Shown here: positions 12,883 through 26,083 of the stretch, piece after piece
Layout of the letters: every line of letters begins with the position of its first letter
Numbering within the stretch: the first letter of the stretch is position 1
From: Psammoneis japonica
Taxonomy: Eukaryota
Assembly: GCA_008632985.1 (NCBI GenBank)
Contig: QPGO01000094.1
Coordinates: 168,721 to 232,720, forward strand
Length of the DNA: 64,000 nt
Direction of reading: 5' to 3'
Notes under the pieces: model-generated
Databases searched by the model: none
What the model saw: the letters and a program-made list of their open reading frames with translations, nothing else
Told to the model about the DNA's origin: nothing
Translations under genes and position numbers: made by a program

Positions 12883-13194
12883 ATTTCAAAAGTCGGAGAA
12901 AACTTTCTGCGAAGAGGTGTGTGGAGCAGAACACAAAGCGGATATTAAAGAAAATGACGTTTTCTAGAGAAAAGGATAAGAAGTTCTGCTTCGAAGCTTG
13001 AAGGATGATCGCAACACCACACAAAAGGAGACAAGAACAACGAATTGGGCACCGGTATGATGCACTTGGTGGGCAGCTTGTTGGTGTCAACACAGCGAAC
13101 CTGCTGAACACACCGCGTGTGTGCTCGCGGCTCGCGGCGAAGAACAATGTTACCGCTTGCCTGTACCGGTACCAGGTTCCCCTATGCCTACCGT

Positions 13195-13761
13195 AGGGCC
13201 CTACGTAGAAGATGTACGAGGAGTGAGATGCTATACTGTCTGATTTCAGATTGTCTGTCCTACTCTACACTCTAGAGAGCAGCAGCAGCTACGAGAGCAA
13301 GGTTACCTTCATGAGATGGAGAAGAATGCAATGGAAAATGGAAACTTAAGCTGGTAGCTGGGTCAAGGATTTATGGTAGTCCTTGAGCTGGGTCATGTGC
13401 TTTTCGATTGATGGCACGCGCAGCATCTCATGCATGTGCTTTTGGCAGCTGGGCACTCTGCTGGCTGGACCAACATGGCTGTCCCCATTCGAAATGACAA
13501 CCATCGTGCACAATTCAAAAGGAATTTGTTTACAAAATGTGGGCACACATTCCTCAAGCAAAAGCTTGTGAGTCACTGACAATTTTGGCCAAGTGTGACA
13601 AAGTCCACAATCTTGAACTCTTCACTTGAATCTTTCAGAATCGAGTCCGTTCCATCAACGCACACCAGCTCACCCTCGACACCAATGTCCGCACCACCCG
13701 TGACCAACACCACATCGTGTTCCTTCAGTGGAATGATCGCCAATTCCCCTGCGTTTGCTGA
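13195..13761. repeat. Direct duplication, copy 1 (partner 46751-47298): intergenic DNA plus the SPT5 3' end
   Basis: Alignable by eye from AGGGCCCTACGTAGAAGATGTACGAG through GGTTACCTTCATGAGAT to CAATTCCCCTGCGTTTGCTGA. Confidence 0.95.
13566..13761 (-). pseudogene. Mutated copy of the SPT5 C-terminal coding segment
   Basis: GELAIIPLKEHDVVLVTGGADIGVEGELVCVDGTDSILKDSSEEFKIVDFV matches 47104-47298. One frameshift, and the stop codon TAA has become CAA. Confidence 0.93.
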
Positions 13762-14042
13762 CAGATGATGGGCCAAACATTTGCCAAAAAGGCCACAGTC
13801 CGGCACGCTGAAGTCATCCAAAGACATGGACGTCAGTCATTTTTCCGTTGAGACGACATGCCAGCCCATTTCTTGAACTTGAACTTGAGCCTGCAGCATG
13901 GCATTTGTGTGCTCGCAGTGAAGAACACCAGGTTCCCCTGTGCAGAAGATGCACCTTGGGTGCACCAGCACGCAGCGAGCATGAGGAGTGAGATGCTGTC
14001 TGTCTGTCTGTTGTGCTGCCGCACCAAGATCAGATTTGCACC

Positions 14043-17000
14043 TGCTCCATGCTCGAAGAACAAGCACAAACAAAAGTAGAACAAAGTGCAAAAAGTGGAA
14101 ATTTTGAGATTAAATTTCACTCTGTGATTTTTGGTTTCTCCAAATGAGCTCTCAAAGGCCCAGAGAGCTTCTGCACTGCTTCTGCAGACAAAAGGCCTTT
14201 CGGAGAATGTGGTCGTGACAACAGATTGTCCGGATGCGATTGCTGTTGACACGCAAGATGTCAACATCATCTGTTGATTTCATTTGCAATTTTTGACTTC
14301 CAGTCAACTCTGTGTGATTGTTCTGTCCTTTGCACGCATCCACGATTGTGGCACGATTGTCACACATGCAACGTGCAATTGCGCACATGTGTGCAACAGT
14401 TGTGTGCTGCACTCACCTCCCCAATTGTGCACAGGAGTCACTCATCAAGTGGAGTCATTTGATGGACATTGACAGTGTCAATGATGTCTCCACGTTGACT
14501 GCATTGTGCCATCAGCAATGACTGTCATTGTTCAATGAGCCAGCGCGGGGCTGCTCCAATTTTCGTGTGTCTTTCAAGAGTGTCACATTGTTTGTCTCTC
14601 ACACTCCATGTGCACACACATGTGGTGTCACATTGAGCATTCTCTCTGATGTCATTTTGTTGATGTGGACATGTTTTGATGCCTCAGTTGTCAAGAACCA
14701 ATTGCCCTGCTGTGGCTTTCATGGCATCAGCTGCACATTGTGGCGCTTTGCCCTGTGCTTGATGTGTGCTCTTGATTGTGGTGTTCACTTGCTTGTGGAT
14801 TTTGTGTGGCTCTGGTGGGCTTGCTTCATGTGCCACATTGCTCTGCTGCACTTCCATGCATCATGAGCAATTGGCGATGGTCAAGGACATTCTCTCAACC
14901 ATTTTGTCCTTGCAGTCCTGTGACGGCAATGAACTCCTTTTTTTGTTGCTTCAACCATCTTTTTCTTTGATTTCAATTGTCACTTGGACCTTTCTTTTTG
15001 ACATGTCGGCATCATTTTGTCATTCCCGAGGCACTGCTTTTGTGCACTGAGGATGCAAATGTCCATTTTTCTCATGTGTTTTGTTTTTGAATCTTTGGCA
15101 CATCTTGTGTGTCGACGTGACACATTTTTTATGTTGTGTCTTGCCTCACACATTTTACATTGCAACCGTGTCGGTGTTGTGAGATTGTCTTTTTTGCCAG
15201 TGTGAAGTGGGTGCATGTGATGTGCGCCAATCTGTCACTGTGATTTTCCAGCCATCTTTAATGTGATGATTTTGTCCTCACAACATGAGCATTTGTCGAT
15301 CTTGCTCACCTCCATGAAAAGTGTTCACATGATGTGTCGTGTCCAACAATTTAGAGGGAATGTCTTTGTTCCATTTTAACAGTTTGGGACATTGTCGCAG
15401 GATTCAATTTTGGACAGCAGTTTGGCTGATCACTTCTGCAACAATGTTTGCCTTGCCCATGAAAAAAGACATTCAGGGATGTTTCATTGCGTGTCAACAC
15501 ATGACTGCTGTGTTCATGGAGAACAGGCAATCTGCAATGTTTGCATCTGTTGGCCAAATGGCACATTCCGGAGCCTTTCAGGTTCTCAATTGTGAGCAGG
15601 AGTTCATTTTCTGTTGGGGTGCATTGTTTTTCATTGCCCTTTTTTGACATTCGGGTGACAAAACAATGCAGTTTTTAATGTGATGTGCTCCACATTTTTG
15701 GAGACTTTTTGTTCTGCACTTGTCCTTTTGCCATTTGACCTTCATTGAGGTGAATTTGGCTGTCAGTGCACAGGAGATTGTTGAGACTGCATGTCTTGAT
15801 GGCAGTGATGCTCATTGACAAGATGTCACAATGTTCTTTGCATTTTTTCTCAGTGTTGCAATTGCCTGAATCACCTCCATTTTCTTTGTGATCAAACACA
15901 TGTTGTTGCACATGAAAGTCTTGACAGTTTGTTTCAAGTTAAGCAGCAAAGGACTTTTTGTTGTCAACCTTCAAAGCAACTGCTCCAGTCACACAAGCAC
16001 CGTTTCAAGTTTTGTTGTGCAGGCGACATTTTGAAGCGACATTTTGTCAGGCACAAACAATCATTTGCAGTCATTCTGACAACTCCAAACCTGTTGTGAA
16101 TTCACTCATGTGTTGTGTGAAAATGTCTGGGGCTCTGCAGATTCTCATTGGAGGTCTGTGGTGCTCATTTTCCTTGGCGCCATTTTTGTGTGAGCATGAC
16201 GTGTGCTTTTTTATTTGACATGGTGGCATTCCATGTTTGAATCAAGTGAGATTGCATGCATGAAATGTTTTTGCTTCAACGGCATTTCCTGAATGTTGGG
16301 CAAAGGATGCACCATGTGTGCAAACCTTTTGTTGAGCTTCTGAGTGTTGGGCGAGGTCAAACTTGACCTGTTTTCTTTGGACAATGAGTCTCAGAGCAAC
16401 TTGTTCAGGGCAACTTCATTTTTAAGACTCCAATCTTTCACAATTGGTCAAATTCCTTTCAATTGGATGCCTCCAAAGACCACGACAGGAGAAGGTTCCC
16501 ATGCGATGTGGAACCACACCAGATTTTCAACGTGAGATCTGCTGGTTCTTCCCATTCATTTGTCTGAGGAACTTTTCAAAAGGGTTTCAAACCTCTTAAG
16601 AAGAAGATTGAGTTGGCTGCACTCTTTTGGGTTGGGTGTGTTGCTGCAGCTGTCACTTCATTGGAGTCAATGGTGTGATGACATGAGTCAAGGACCATTG
16701 GTCCCATCATTGACTCCATTCACAGCATTGTGTTTTTCAATGTGATCGGCAATCAGCTGGAAAACATTGGCATCAAAGAGTGTGTGTCAACATTCTTCAC
16801 AGGTGCAGTTGCTTCTCTTCCCACTTGATTTCTTCATTTGCATGGTCCAGTGTGATTCCAAGACTGGACATTGAGTCATGTTCCATGATCACATCATGTG
16901 GACTTGAAGAAGATTGGGTGTTGTCAACATGTGCCGTTGTTTGCATCATCACATGCTTGTCAGATTCAGGTGAAGAGAACCGCGCTGAGCAGCGACTGTC

Positions 17001-17340
17001 AGTTGTGAAGAGTCCACCCTTGGTTTCCCAAGTTTTGGTGGCGGATTTCTTCATTCCCAACTTCCACATGAATTTGCACAAAATTGTGGTTGATGATGTT
17101 CTTTGTCAAGAAGAACATGCAGAAGCTTGTTTTTTGCTTTTCTCAGAGAAGCAGCCACATGAACAGCGACGGAGGGACTGGCGCTCCTTGAGTGGTGCAA
17201 ATCTTTGATGGGAATTGATCGGGGGTCCATTTTTCCAAATTGATGGTTTTGTTCACCAAGCATTTTAGAGTCACAATTTTCACTCTTGTTTTTACGTTCC
17301 TTTGTCAAGGAACTCGCTTCAACTGTTTTTGTGAACTGCC
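14043..17340 (-). mobile_element. Old hypermutated Ty3/Gypsy LTR retrotransposon (3' LTR 14043-14411, pol relics); same family as 25717-30292
   Basis: LTR aligns to 25717-26083, with an adjacent PPT-like CTCACCTCCCC. Protease relic VLLD...WETKGGLFTT...HVD...HDVIMEHD.MSSLGITLD and RT relic HPLPNIQEM. Order is protease then RT toward the 3' LTR. 5' part truncated. Confidence 0.85.
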
Positions 17341-20300
17341 TGGGTCATCATGGAGCTCAGCTCCTCACCATCGTGTCTTTCTGGTGCTTTCTGCTTTTGA
17401 CAACATTGTGAATTGCCTTGTGGTTTCTGCACAATTTCACAACAATCAAATGTGGCATGGTTTGTGTGGGGGCCTGCAAGTGTCATTCAGTGACAGCACA
17501 GTTCACAGCTTGTGTCACGGTCAGCCATGCGACGCACATGCGGACAGACTGCACCTCGTGGAGAACAGCTCGTGCTGACTCAGTGGGGATGATGTCGAAG
17601 ACACCTCTGATGTTGCTGACGTGGATGGGTCATAGACCGTAGCAGCAGTGAGCCTCTAAAGCTCACAATGTCTTCACAAGACAGCTTGCCAAAATGTGCA
17701 CTTTGCTCACAAGACCTTTCTTGCCATGCTCGGTCTCCTTGGCGGCAGGTCAAGACAGCCCTGCCACAGCACTGCAACAGGGATGCAATGAAGGACTGTG
17801 CTGTTGTGCTTTCTGTTTTGCGCTGTTGTGCTGCAAGCACATGTTGTGATAAAAAGTGCACCAAAGCGTGCATCTTGCTCACTCCCCTTTTTTTGCCTTG
17901 CTTGGCATCTGTCTTGACAGCCACTCAAGATGGCCCCGATGACAGGCAGTGTTTTGCAGGATGATTGCAGCTTGCAAAATTTGGGGTGGAAACAAGGGCA
18001 GAGCTTGAGTGCTTGCTTTTGTGTGTCATTCTGCAATTTCACATGATGATGTGTGAAAGATTGCCAAATGTGCATTTTGAAAAAGCTCAAAAAGAAGGAA
18101 ACGAATCAAAAGAAACAACAACAGAGGTGGGCTGCAGGGTGGTTGTGTGTTCAGAGAAAGTTTGCATGATCCCACTGTTGCAAAGCTGGTGAAGGCATCA
18201 AGAACAAATCCAAACGTGTCGGTCAAGAATGGCCAGATGAAGACTTCATGGTGTGTTCAACTTGTTGGCAAAAAGAAGAAAACCAACAAGTCATTTGCAG
18301 TTTGCTCCTCCTGCTCTGTTGAATGAGCCACATTGCAAACTGTTTCGATTTTGGGATCTTGGCGTTGCCAGAATGTGCTCCCACTGTGCTTTGCTCTTGT
18401 GCTCTGCACTCTGTTGATTAAGCCACATTGTGAACTGCTCGATTTTTGGGCTTTTTGTGTCACCATGGTGTGCTCCTGCCATGGCTTTGTAGTTTGTTCT
18501 TGCCACTCTGTCAACTGAGCCGACTTTTGGGCTCTTGACATTGCACCATAAAATGCTCCCACCACAGCTTTGTGGTTCACTCTTGCCCTTCTGTTGATTG
18601 AGTCATGTTGCAAACTGTCTCAACTTTTGGGCTTTTGGTGTTGCCACAGCATTCACTTTCTCTAGTGTCAGGTGTCAAAATCACCCCCGGCATGAAACAC
18701 ATGACACGTCACTTGTTGCAAAGCCAGTTTCCCTTGAGAACTGTCCTGCAAGTGTTGGTCTCAAAAAGACCAGACGGAATTTCTCTTCCTTCTTGTTGTT
18801 GCCATGCTTTGTCCCGCAAAAGCAAATCTTGCACTCCTTGTCACTGCATGAGGCACTGATGCCATCCCTTGTCCGCAAAAGTTTGGACACACCATGATCC
18901 CTTGCAAGGGCGGCAGTCTTCCCACTCTTTCACAGTTGTTGTGACTGCACCAGTCAAGCCTCCACATGCTGCATGTTTTCTCAAGGATGTCTGCAGCAAG
19001 GGACCACACTCCAGGAAGAAGATTCAGAGACACCGAGCTCACTCACAACAGAAAGCCTGTTGTCAGAGGGCAAGACAATCCAAGCCCATCTGTGTTTGAC
19101 AGACATCTTGGAAGATTCCAGTTTGGGTCATCTTTTGAATCATGTTTTGATGTGATCAAAATGGATTTGTTTGCACTGGAGTTAGACAAAATGTGGAGTT
19201 TGCCAAAAGTTCTGGATGAGATTGCAGTGCTGGGATCACTTGGACAGATCAAAACAGGTTGCAGCTTGTTTGCCAGTGGCTTGCCCTGGTCGTTCAATGT
19301 TTGAATCCATGCTCTTCCAACCTGGGGTCATTCCACACTTTCTTCTTGTGTGGTCATTGATGACCACAATTTGTTGACATGGGGTCATTGCTGGCTGGAC
19401 TGTCAAGAAGAGCCAAAAAGCAAGGACCATTTCAAGGCCCCAATTCAATTGATTCCAACAGGATGGTGACAAAAAATGCAACAAACAGTGTGAGAAACAT
19501 TTTGACAGCAACTGCAGTGCAACAACATCGCACACAACACTGGCATTGGAGTGACTTGCCAGAAGATTTTGTGACCATTTCACTTTGGTTGTCACCCTTC
19601 TGAAATCACAGTCATTCACAAGACACACTCTTGTGCAGCTCAATGCAAGCATCTGTTGCACCATTTATGAGGGGGTGAGGCATGGGCTGTTGGCATTGTG
19701 TTGTGGTTGGTTGTCTTCTTGTGCTGGTGTCCTCTTGTGTTGCAAGTTTGAGGTTTTTGATCACAAGGAAATGGTCAGCCCAAGACAAGGAAGAAGGCAA
19801 GGAAAAATCTTTGTGCACCAAGATCTGACATGGAGTGCAAGCCCAAAAGCCAAGTGCCATTGTCACATGGAGCACAACTCACCATGACAGCCATCATCAA
19901 TGATGGACAATGCGGGTGGCCAGAGAAAGCTCAATGAGCTCCTCATTGACAAGTGCATCTGTTGAATGACTCTTCTCCCAACTTGAGCTTGTTGTGGACT
20001 CAACTGGAGAAAATGTGCTGGAAGAGAACAAGGGAGTGTTGTCTCCTGCTTGTTCTCAAGTCCTCAAGACTGTGGTGGTGCCCAAGGGAGTCTGCTTTGC
20101 TTGTTGAATTTGGTGTGTTGAAGTGTGTCAGCAGCTGCGGGCTCCAGACAAGTCGACCGCTTGATGAAATGATCATGTCAGTTGCAACTGTGCAGCAAAT
20201 TGTGATGACAATCAATTTTTCCTTGTCTGGTTTCCTTGTCATTCCTTGTCAAGGAAAGTCAGGGTCAAATGAGGAATCCTCTACAATCGAAAAACCTGTG

Positions 20301-20650
20301 CAGGTTGAAAAGAATTTTCCGGGTCATTGATGCAATCGTGAGTGTCATGTGGGTCTGGCCTTTGTGTTCCACCGTGCATTGTGACTGAGACTCATCGTCC
20401 AATCTCTCTTTGCCCAGTCTCAATTGCTTCCAAGTGGCAAAACATTTGACAAAAACCCAAATGCATGGCGATCAAAAACTGCTGTTTTTGAAAATGGTCT
20501 GTTGCTTGCTCGGGTCTTTTCTCTGCACACCCAAAGGAACCCGGGTGTCTCCATGCACAACTCCCGTGCTTCCTTCCCCATTTCAAAAACTCAGCACCCA
20601 GGTGAGTGACACCTGCTGGAAGCCTTTTCATGAGGTCACTGCCCCCTTTG
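17340..20650. other. Hypermutated unclassified repeat/TE relic DNA
   Basis: Near absence of TA and CG. No motif I can assign. Confidence 0.45.
18315..18635. repeat. Degenerate ~90-95 bp tandem repeat, 3-4 units
   Basis: Recurrent CTCTGTTGAwTrAGCCACATTGyrAACTG...TTTTGGG at ~18315, ~18409 and ~18590, plus a partial unit at ~18505. Confidence 0.7.
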
Positions 20651-20655
20651 CAAGT

Positions 20656-20968
20656 GGTGCTTCTGGTGCAGGGGGTCAGAGCTTGAGATGTGGTGCCCAT
20701 GGGGGTCATTGGGGGAAAGTGCACAAGTGCCTTTCTGTGTGAACTTGACACCATGCCATGTTGGGCACTTTTGAAAGCTCTTTTCTGACCTTGAACAAAG
20801 GCCAGCAGTGCAACTCTACATGTTCATGGTGCACAGCCACCCCACAACCACACATCCCACACAACACAACACACAACAAACAACACAAGTCACTTGTTGC
20901 AGCCAACACCAAGTGAGTCTGAGAACAGCAACAGAACCCCAGCCCACTGGATCAAAGGGGGCCAACCT
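20656..20968. repeat. ~315 bp dispersed direct repeat, copy 1 (partner 23890-24208)
   Basis: CAGGGGGTCAGAGC...GATGTGGTGCCCATGGGGGTCATTGGGGGAAAGTGCACAAG...CCCAGCCCACTGGATCA.AGGGGCCAACCT shared. Confidence 0.9.
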
Positions 20969-23190
20969 TTTCATCACCTTCTCAGGCACAAGAACAACAA
21001 GTTGCAAGATTTGTCTCAGTGCCCACACAGAGCAAGTGCTCTGCTGAACATGAGTCATTCTTGAAGCTCCGCAGAGCTGCTCTGCAGAGCACCTTTTAAT
21101 TGCCACCAGCCTGATTGCTCACAAGTGTTCTGTTGCTTCTCTGTTGCAGGAGAAACGGTTCAGTGATTGTCATTGTGCAGGATGCATTCATCTCAATCTG
21201 TTGCCAAGGGACATGGCAGAGCCCCCTCTTGTGTCCCCACACTTTGGAAAGGCAGCCAAGACCAAAACAAGGGGCAACACCAAGGAAGAGATCAAGGTTT
21301 CTGCCCTTTGGTCCAAGCTGACATGCCAAACTTGTGAAGCTTCACAAGCACTGCATTGACCTGATTGAGATGGAAAACAAAGGCAGTGCAGTGCTTGGGC
21401 CCATGAACCCATCCCTTGGTTGCCACTCCAGGAAGAAAGACGTGTGTGGAGAGCTCGCACACTCTGCTGGTGCAGCCAGTTTTCTGCAGACATTCCAAGC
21501 CAGACAGGATGTTAGAAACCAGAACACCATCTTTGACCATGTTGAAGGCACGCCAAGGATGGACAGGAAGAGTGGCAAAGCAGTCAATGGTTGGAACACC
21601 AAGATTTTTGACAACAACATTTGTGGCGGCTGCCCTCCTTTGATCTCTGACATTGTGACAGAAAAGCAAAAAGTGCACAACTTTGTTTCCTTTTTGTTCT
21701 TGCACATTCACGGCCACTCCAACAGCTGTTTGGATCTCATGGCTGCTGCCTTGCTCAGGTTTTACAACAAAATGACCAATGTGATCAAGAGCAAACCACA
21801 TGGCAAGTGGTCGGAAATTTCCACCCATCCCTTGGTGAGTGTGGTGACAGATGCTTGCAGAAGAGCAAACATGTCTGAGTGCACCTTTGACGCATTCCAG
21901 AAGCAGGTGGGAATCCATGTGACATTGGGCCCATGGAATTCTGTGTGCAAACTCTGCAGCAAAATTGTCAGGCAATGAAAATGTCAATGATCGCCAACAG
22001 AAAATGAGGCAATTTTGCGAATGCACAAACTCGTCCACGATTGAAGTGCATCATTTTTGCTCAGCCAGGTGCACTCATCAGACATTGAAGGATGCAACTG
22101 GTGCATTGTTGTTCCCATAAATTTGTCATGCAAAACATCTGGGGCTTCGCAAAACAGCAAGTCTGGACCAATTTTTTGGAATGTCACATGTGGAAATGTG
22201 TGTGTGAAACATGCAATGAATGACAAAAAACAATTGTGTCACACATCAGCACTGCAAGCTCCCACCCAGGGCTGGAACAAGTCCTTTCAGGCATGGCAGG
22301 TGGAGGTGCACAGTGGTTTCATTTCAAGGAATCTTCCTTCCCTGCCTCTCAACTGCCATCCTGACTTGCAAACCCAGCTGGTTGATTGCCAGGCCCTCAT
22401 TTCTGTGCATCAGCACAGGCAAGGATCATGGGTGGACTTCTTGGTGAGTTTCGAAAATGCTCTGCAGAGTTGCTCTGCAGAAGATGCTCTCTGAAACATT
22501 GAAACCTCATTGATCTTGGTTCATTTGCCCATGTTCTGCAACTGACAACACCAGGTTGAGAGAAGAGCTGAGTGCCCTGCGTGGCACCAGTGAGCAGGAG
22601 CTGAAGAGCAAGATGGACAGGGTGGTGGATTTGTTGCTGAATGGGGGTGGCGCTGAAGGCATTCCTGCTCCAGCAAATGAGCCAGTGACACGCGGTTGCA
22701 CACGACATGCTTGGCACACAATGGAGGTGACACCAAAGGCAAGAATCCAGCAGAAATGTTTTTTGATTGGTTTGCAATCTCCACAGTGGGTGCAAATTGT
22801 GCAAGGCTTCAACAACAGGCAAGGTGAGACAAGATGTGAAAAGTGCACTCAAGTGCCACAAGGCATTGATTGATGTGCTGCTTTGTCTTGGGGGAAGGCA
22901 CCCACAACCATGTCAAAACTCTGAAGTGCCAAGCCATTTGCAACATTGGGAAAATGAGCTTGGTCAGCTTGGCTGTGATGCACTTGAGTTGGCGAAGTCA
23001 TTCTTTGCAGCCAAAGGTGCTGACAAAGATGACATCACAAATGTCTTCTTGGCAAACAAGCGTCCCCTCCATCTGCAAAAGCCAGTCCCTTCCAGATGAC
23101 ACACCAGAGAACAGCCCTTTCCAAAAAAGGTCAAAAGTGGAAGCAAGAAGAAAAGGAGCAGCAATGTTCAAATTGGTGAACCCCAATCAG
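20969..23190 (+). mobile_element. Crypton-like tyrosine-recombinase element relic, copy A (5' truncated; ~370 bp insert at ~21910-22280)
   Basis: CHSRKK (HxxR-like motif)...DVRNQNTIFDHV (expected catalytic Tyr position). Colinear with 32800-35370. Confidence 0.7.
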
Positions 23191-23889
23191 TGTTTGAGAA
23201 AGCAGGCTGCAAACTTCACCATCTCAGGGAGGACACATTCACACTCTGCACCCAGAGCACCTCTGCAGAGCACCAGCTGATTGGAGTGCTCTGCCGAGCA
23301 TCCAACGAGACACTGCAATGATCTGCAGAGCATTTGACGTCTGCAGAGTTGATCTGTGCAAGTGTGCCCTAAGATTGCACACAGCCAAGACATTGTTGCA
23401 GAGTTTCTGTCTGCACGCTGCTCAGATTGCTGCAGAGCTGCAATCTGCACACTGCTCTGATGCAAGCTGCTCAGCCTGCAGCTTGACAAGATTGTGCTTG
23501 TCAAGGATTGCAGTGCATTCTTTGTAAATTAAGCCATTGGCAGTCAGGGTTCGGGTGCTCTTGAATTCCAATGATGCACAAGGTTGAAGCCATTGCACGT
23601 GTGCCATGCCAGAGCTTGTGTTGCATGTGGATCCCACAGTGATTTCTCCAGTGCAACCCAGGTTGGCACCATGCAGGATCACATGGGGAGGCTCCTGGGG
23701 TCAGCGGGCCAAAACCAGGGGCAGCCCAGGGAGGTGCAGTTCAAAACCTCTGCACATGCGCAGAGGTGCACAAATTGTCTGTTGTCATCTGCACACGCAT
23801 TCGCACACTCAGAGTGCACACCTCTGTCTGTGCACTGCCCTTCGCGCGGGGTCACTGTCCCCTTTTTTTTGCTCCACATGCATGCACAT

Positions 23890-24208
23890 GGCACTTCCAG
23901 CACAGGGGGTCAGAGCTCAAGATGTGGTGCCCATGGGGGTCATTGGGGGAAAGTGCACAAGCACCTTTCTGCACAAACTTGACACCATGCTGTGTTGGGC
24001 AATTTTGACTTGCTTTTGAAACCTCTTTTCTGACCTTGAGCAAAGGTCAGCAGTGCAATTCCATGTGTTCCTGTTGCACAGCCATCCCACAACCACACAC
24101 ACCACACACAACACAACAAATGACACAAGTCACTTGTTGCAGCCAACACCAAGTGAGTCTGAGAACAGCAACAGAACCCCAGCCCACTGGATCAGAGGGG
24201 CCAACCTC
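23890..24208. repeat. ~315 bp dispersed direct repeat, copy 2
   Basis: Aligns with 20656-20968. Confidence 0.9.
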
Positions 24209-25716
24209 TCTCTGGGGAGTTGACCTCACCATGGTGGACATGCCACCACATCTTTTTCAGGTGAGTTCATTTGCACTGCATCACGTTCCAAGGAAGATGC
24301 TGCACCACTGCCCTTGTCTGTGTGCTGGTTTGTCAAGCTGTGTTGATCAATGCTCTGTGGAGCATCTTCAGGACTGTGCTCTCTGGAGCAGCTCTGCAGA
24401 GCACCCCTTTGCACTTGCCACATTGCCTGTCTCACCCTGCGCTGCTTTCTCATGCAATCCCTGGACTGCACCAAATCGTGCAGATGCCATCACACGTGCT
24501 GCTTGCCGTCAATGTCTCCAGTTCTTGCTGACTCTCACTTTGCCTCCAAAGTGTTGACAAAAATTCAGCAACAAGCTGTGACAGCCACATTCGCCAAATG
24601 TGGTCACAACAGGAACACAAAGCGCCTGATTGTCCTTTGTGGCCTGCAATCTCTTGGTGGTGGTGGATTTTGATCTCTTGATGTTGAGCAGGGCATTGCC
24701 CAAATGCAACAGCTGTTGAAACATTCTTGTGGTGCACAGCATCTTGTGCAAGACGACCAACCACATGCTGCGGTCCACATTGCCATTGCATGGAATCAGC
24801 TGCACTTGGGTGCGGGTGTCAGCTTCCTCAGAGATGTCAGCACTCCTCATCCACACAGCAAGTTGCTGTGGTTTGCATCAGTTTGGTCCTTTCCACAGTG
24901 CATTGGAGGACACACTGCACTGTCCCAAGATGGTGTCCTCCCCTTGCAAAGAGCCAACAATCAGTTTTTAATGGATGTTGCCCTGGAGTCACAAGAATTT
25001 TCTTCTCGAGAGCTCCAGTGGATCAATTGTTGCCGCTTGCATCTTTGGGTCCTGACAGTCTCAGACATTGCTCTGGCAAACGGGTGTTTCTCAGATGAAT
25101 CCAAAGTTTGTGGGGATCCCATGTGCCTCAGCAGCATCAGCACTCTCAACAACGTTGAACAGACAAAACTGTGCCACCGTGCATGGGGTCCTTGGATGCG
25201 GTCATGTGGGTTGTTGTGTCATCAAGACTCAGTTCGTCTGAAAGCTCCCTCAGGAGACTGGCCAGTGCCCCCATCGAAAATGAGGATGCAATGTTCTGCG
25301 CACTGGTCTCCCAAAGAGTCATGCTTGTGTGTTTGATCTCCATCAGGATTTGATGTTTTTCCAGTCCAGGACACTGTGACTGCGTTGCCACACCAGATCG
25401 AAATGGTTCCCTCCCCCTCTGACTCATCATTCCCAGTTGAGATTGTCTTCGTTGATGATGGCAGATGGAAATGCATCCCTCATTGCCTGAAACTTTTAGT
25501 TGAAACAAATCCACCCTTGCCCAATCTTTTTGCAGACCACTTGAAAGCATTGCCTTCCTGGGAGTCCTCTCTCTTTTCTGACATTGAGTTCCACATTTCC
25601 TTTTACGAACTTGTGGACCATTTTGCATCAAGTCACCTGTTGGCGGGGAGTGACAGATCTGCACTTTATCAGGACGCCACCTTTGGATGGACTGTTGCAT
25701 TCAATGGCAGACCCTT

Positions 25717-26083
25717 TGCACTATGCTCGAAGAACGAGTGTAAACGAAAGTAGAACAGTGTACGAAAAGTGGAAATTATAAGATTGAATTTTGCTCTGTG
25801 ATTTTTGGTTTCTCCGAACGAGTTCTCAATGGCCTAAAGCTTCTGTACTGCTTCTACAGACAAAAGGCCTTTCGGAGAATATATTCGTGACAACAGATTA
25901 TCCGGATACGATTGCCATTGACACGTAAGATGTCAACATCGTCAATCGATCGTATTTGCAATTCTCGACATCCGATCAACTCTGTGTGATCGTTCTGTCC
26001 TTTGTACGCATCCACGACTGTGGTACGATTGACATATAAATAATATATAATCATAAATATGTATATAACAGTCGCATACTGCA
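25717..26083 (-). repeat. 3' LTR
   Basis: TG...CA termini, adjacent PPT, near identity to 29926-30292. Confidence 0.95.

Noticed and set aside
18700..20330. Possible transposase relic
   Set aside because: It looks formerly coding, but I could not recognise a catalytic motif; left unclassified.
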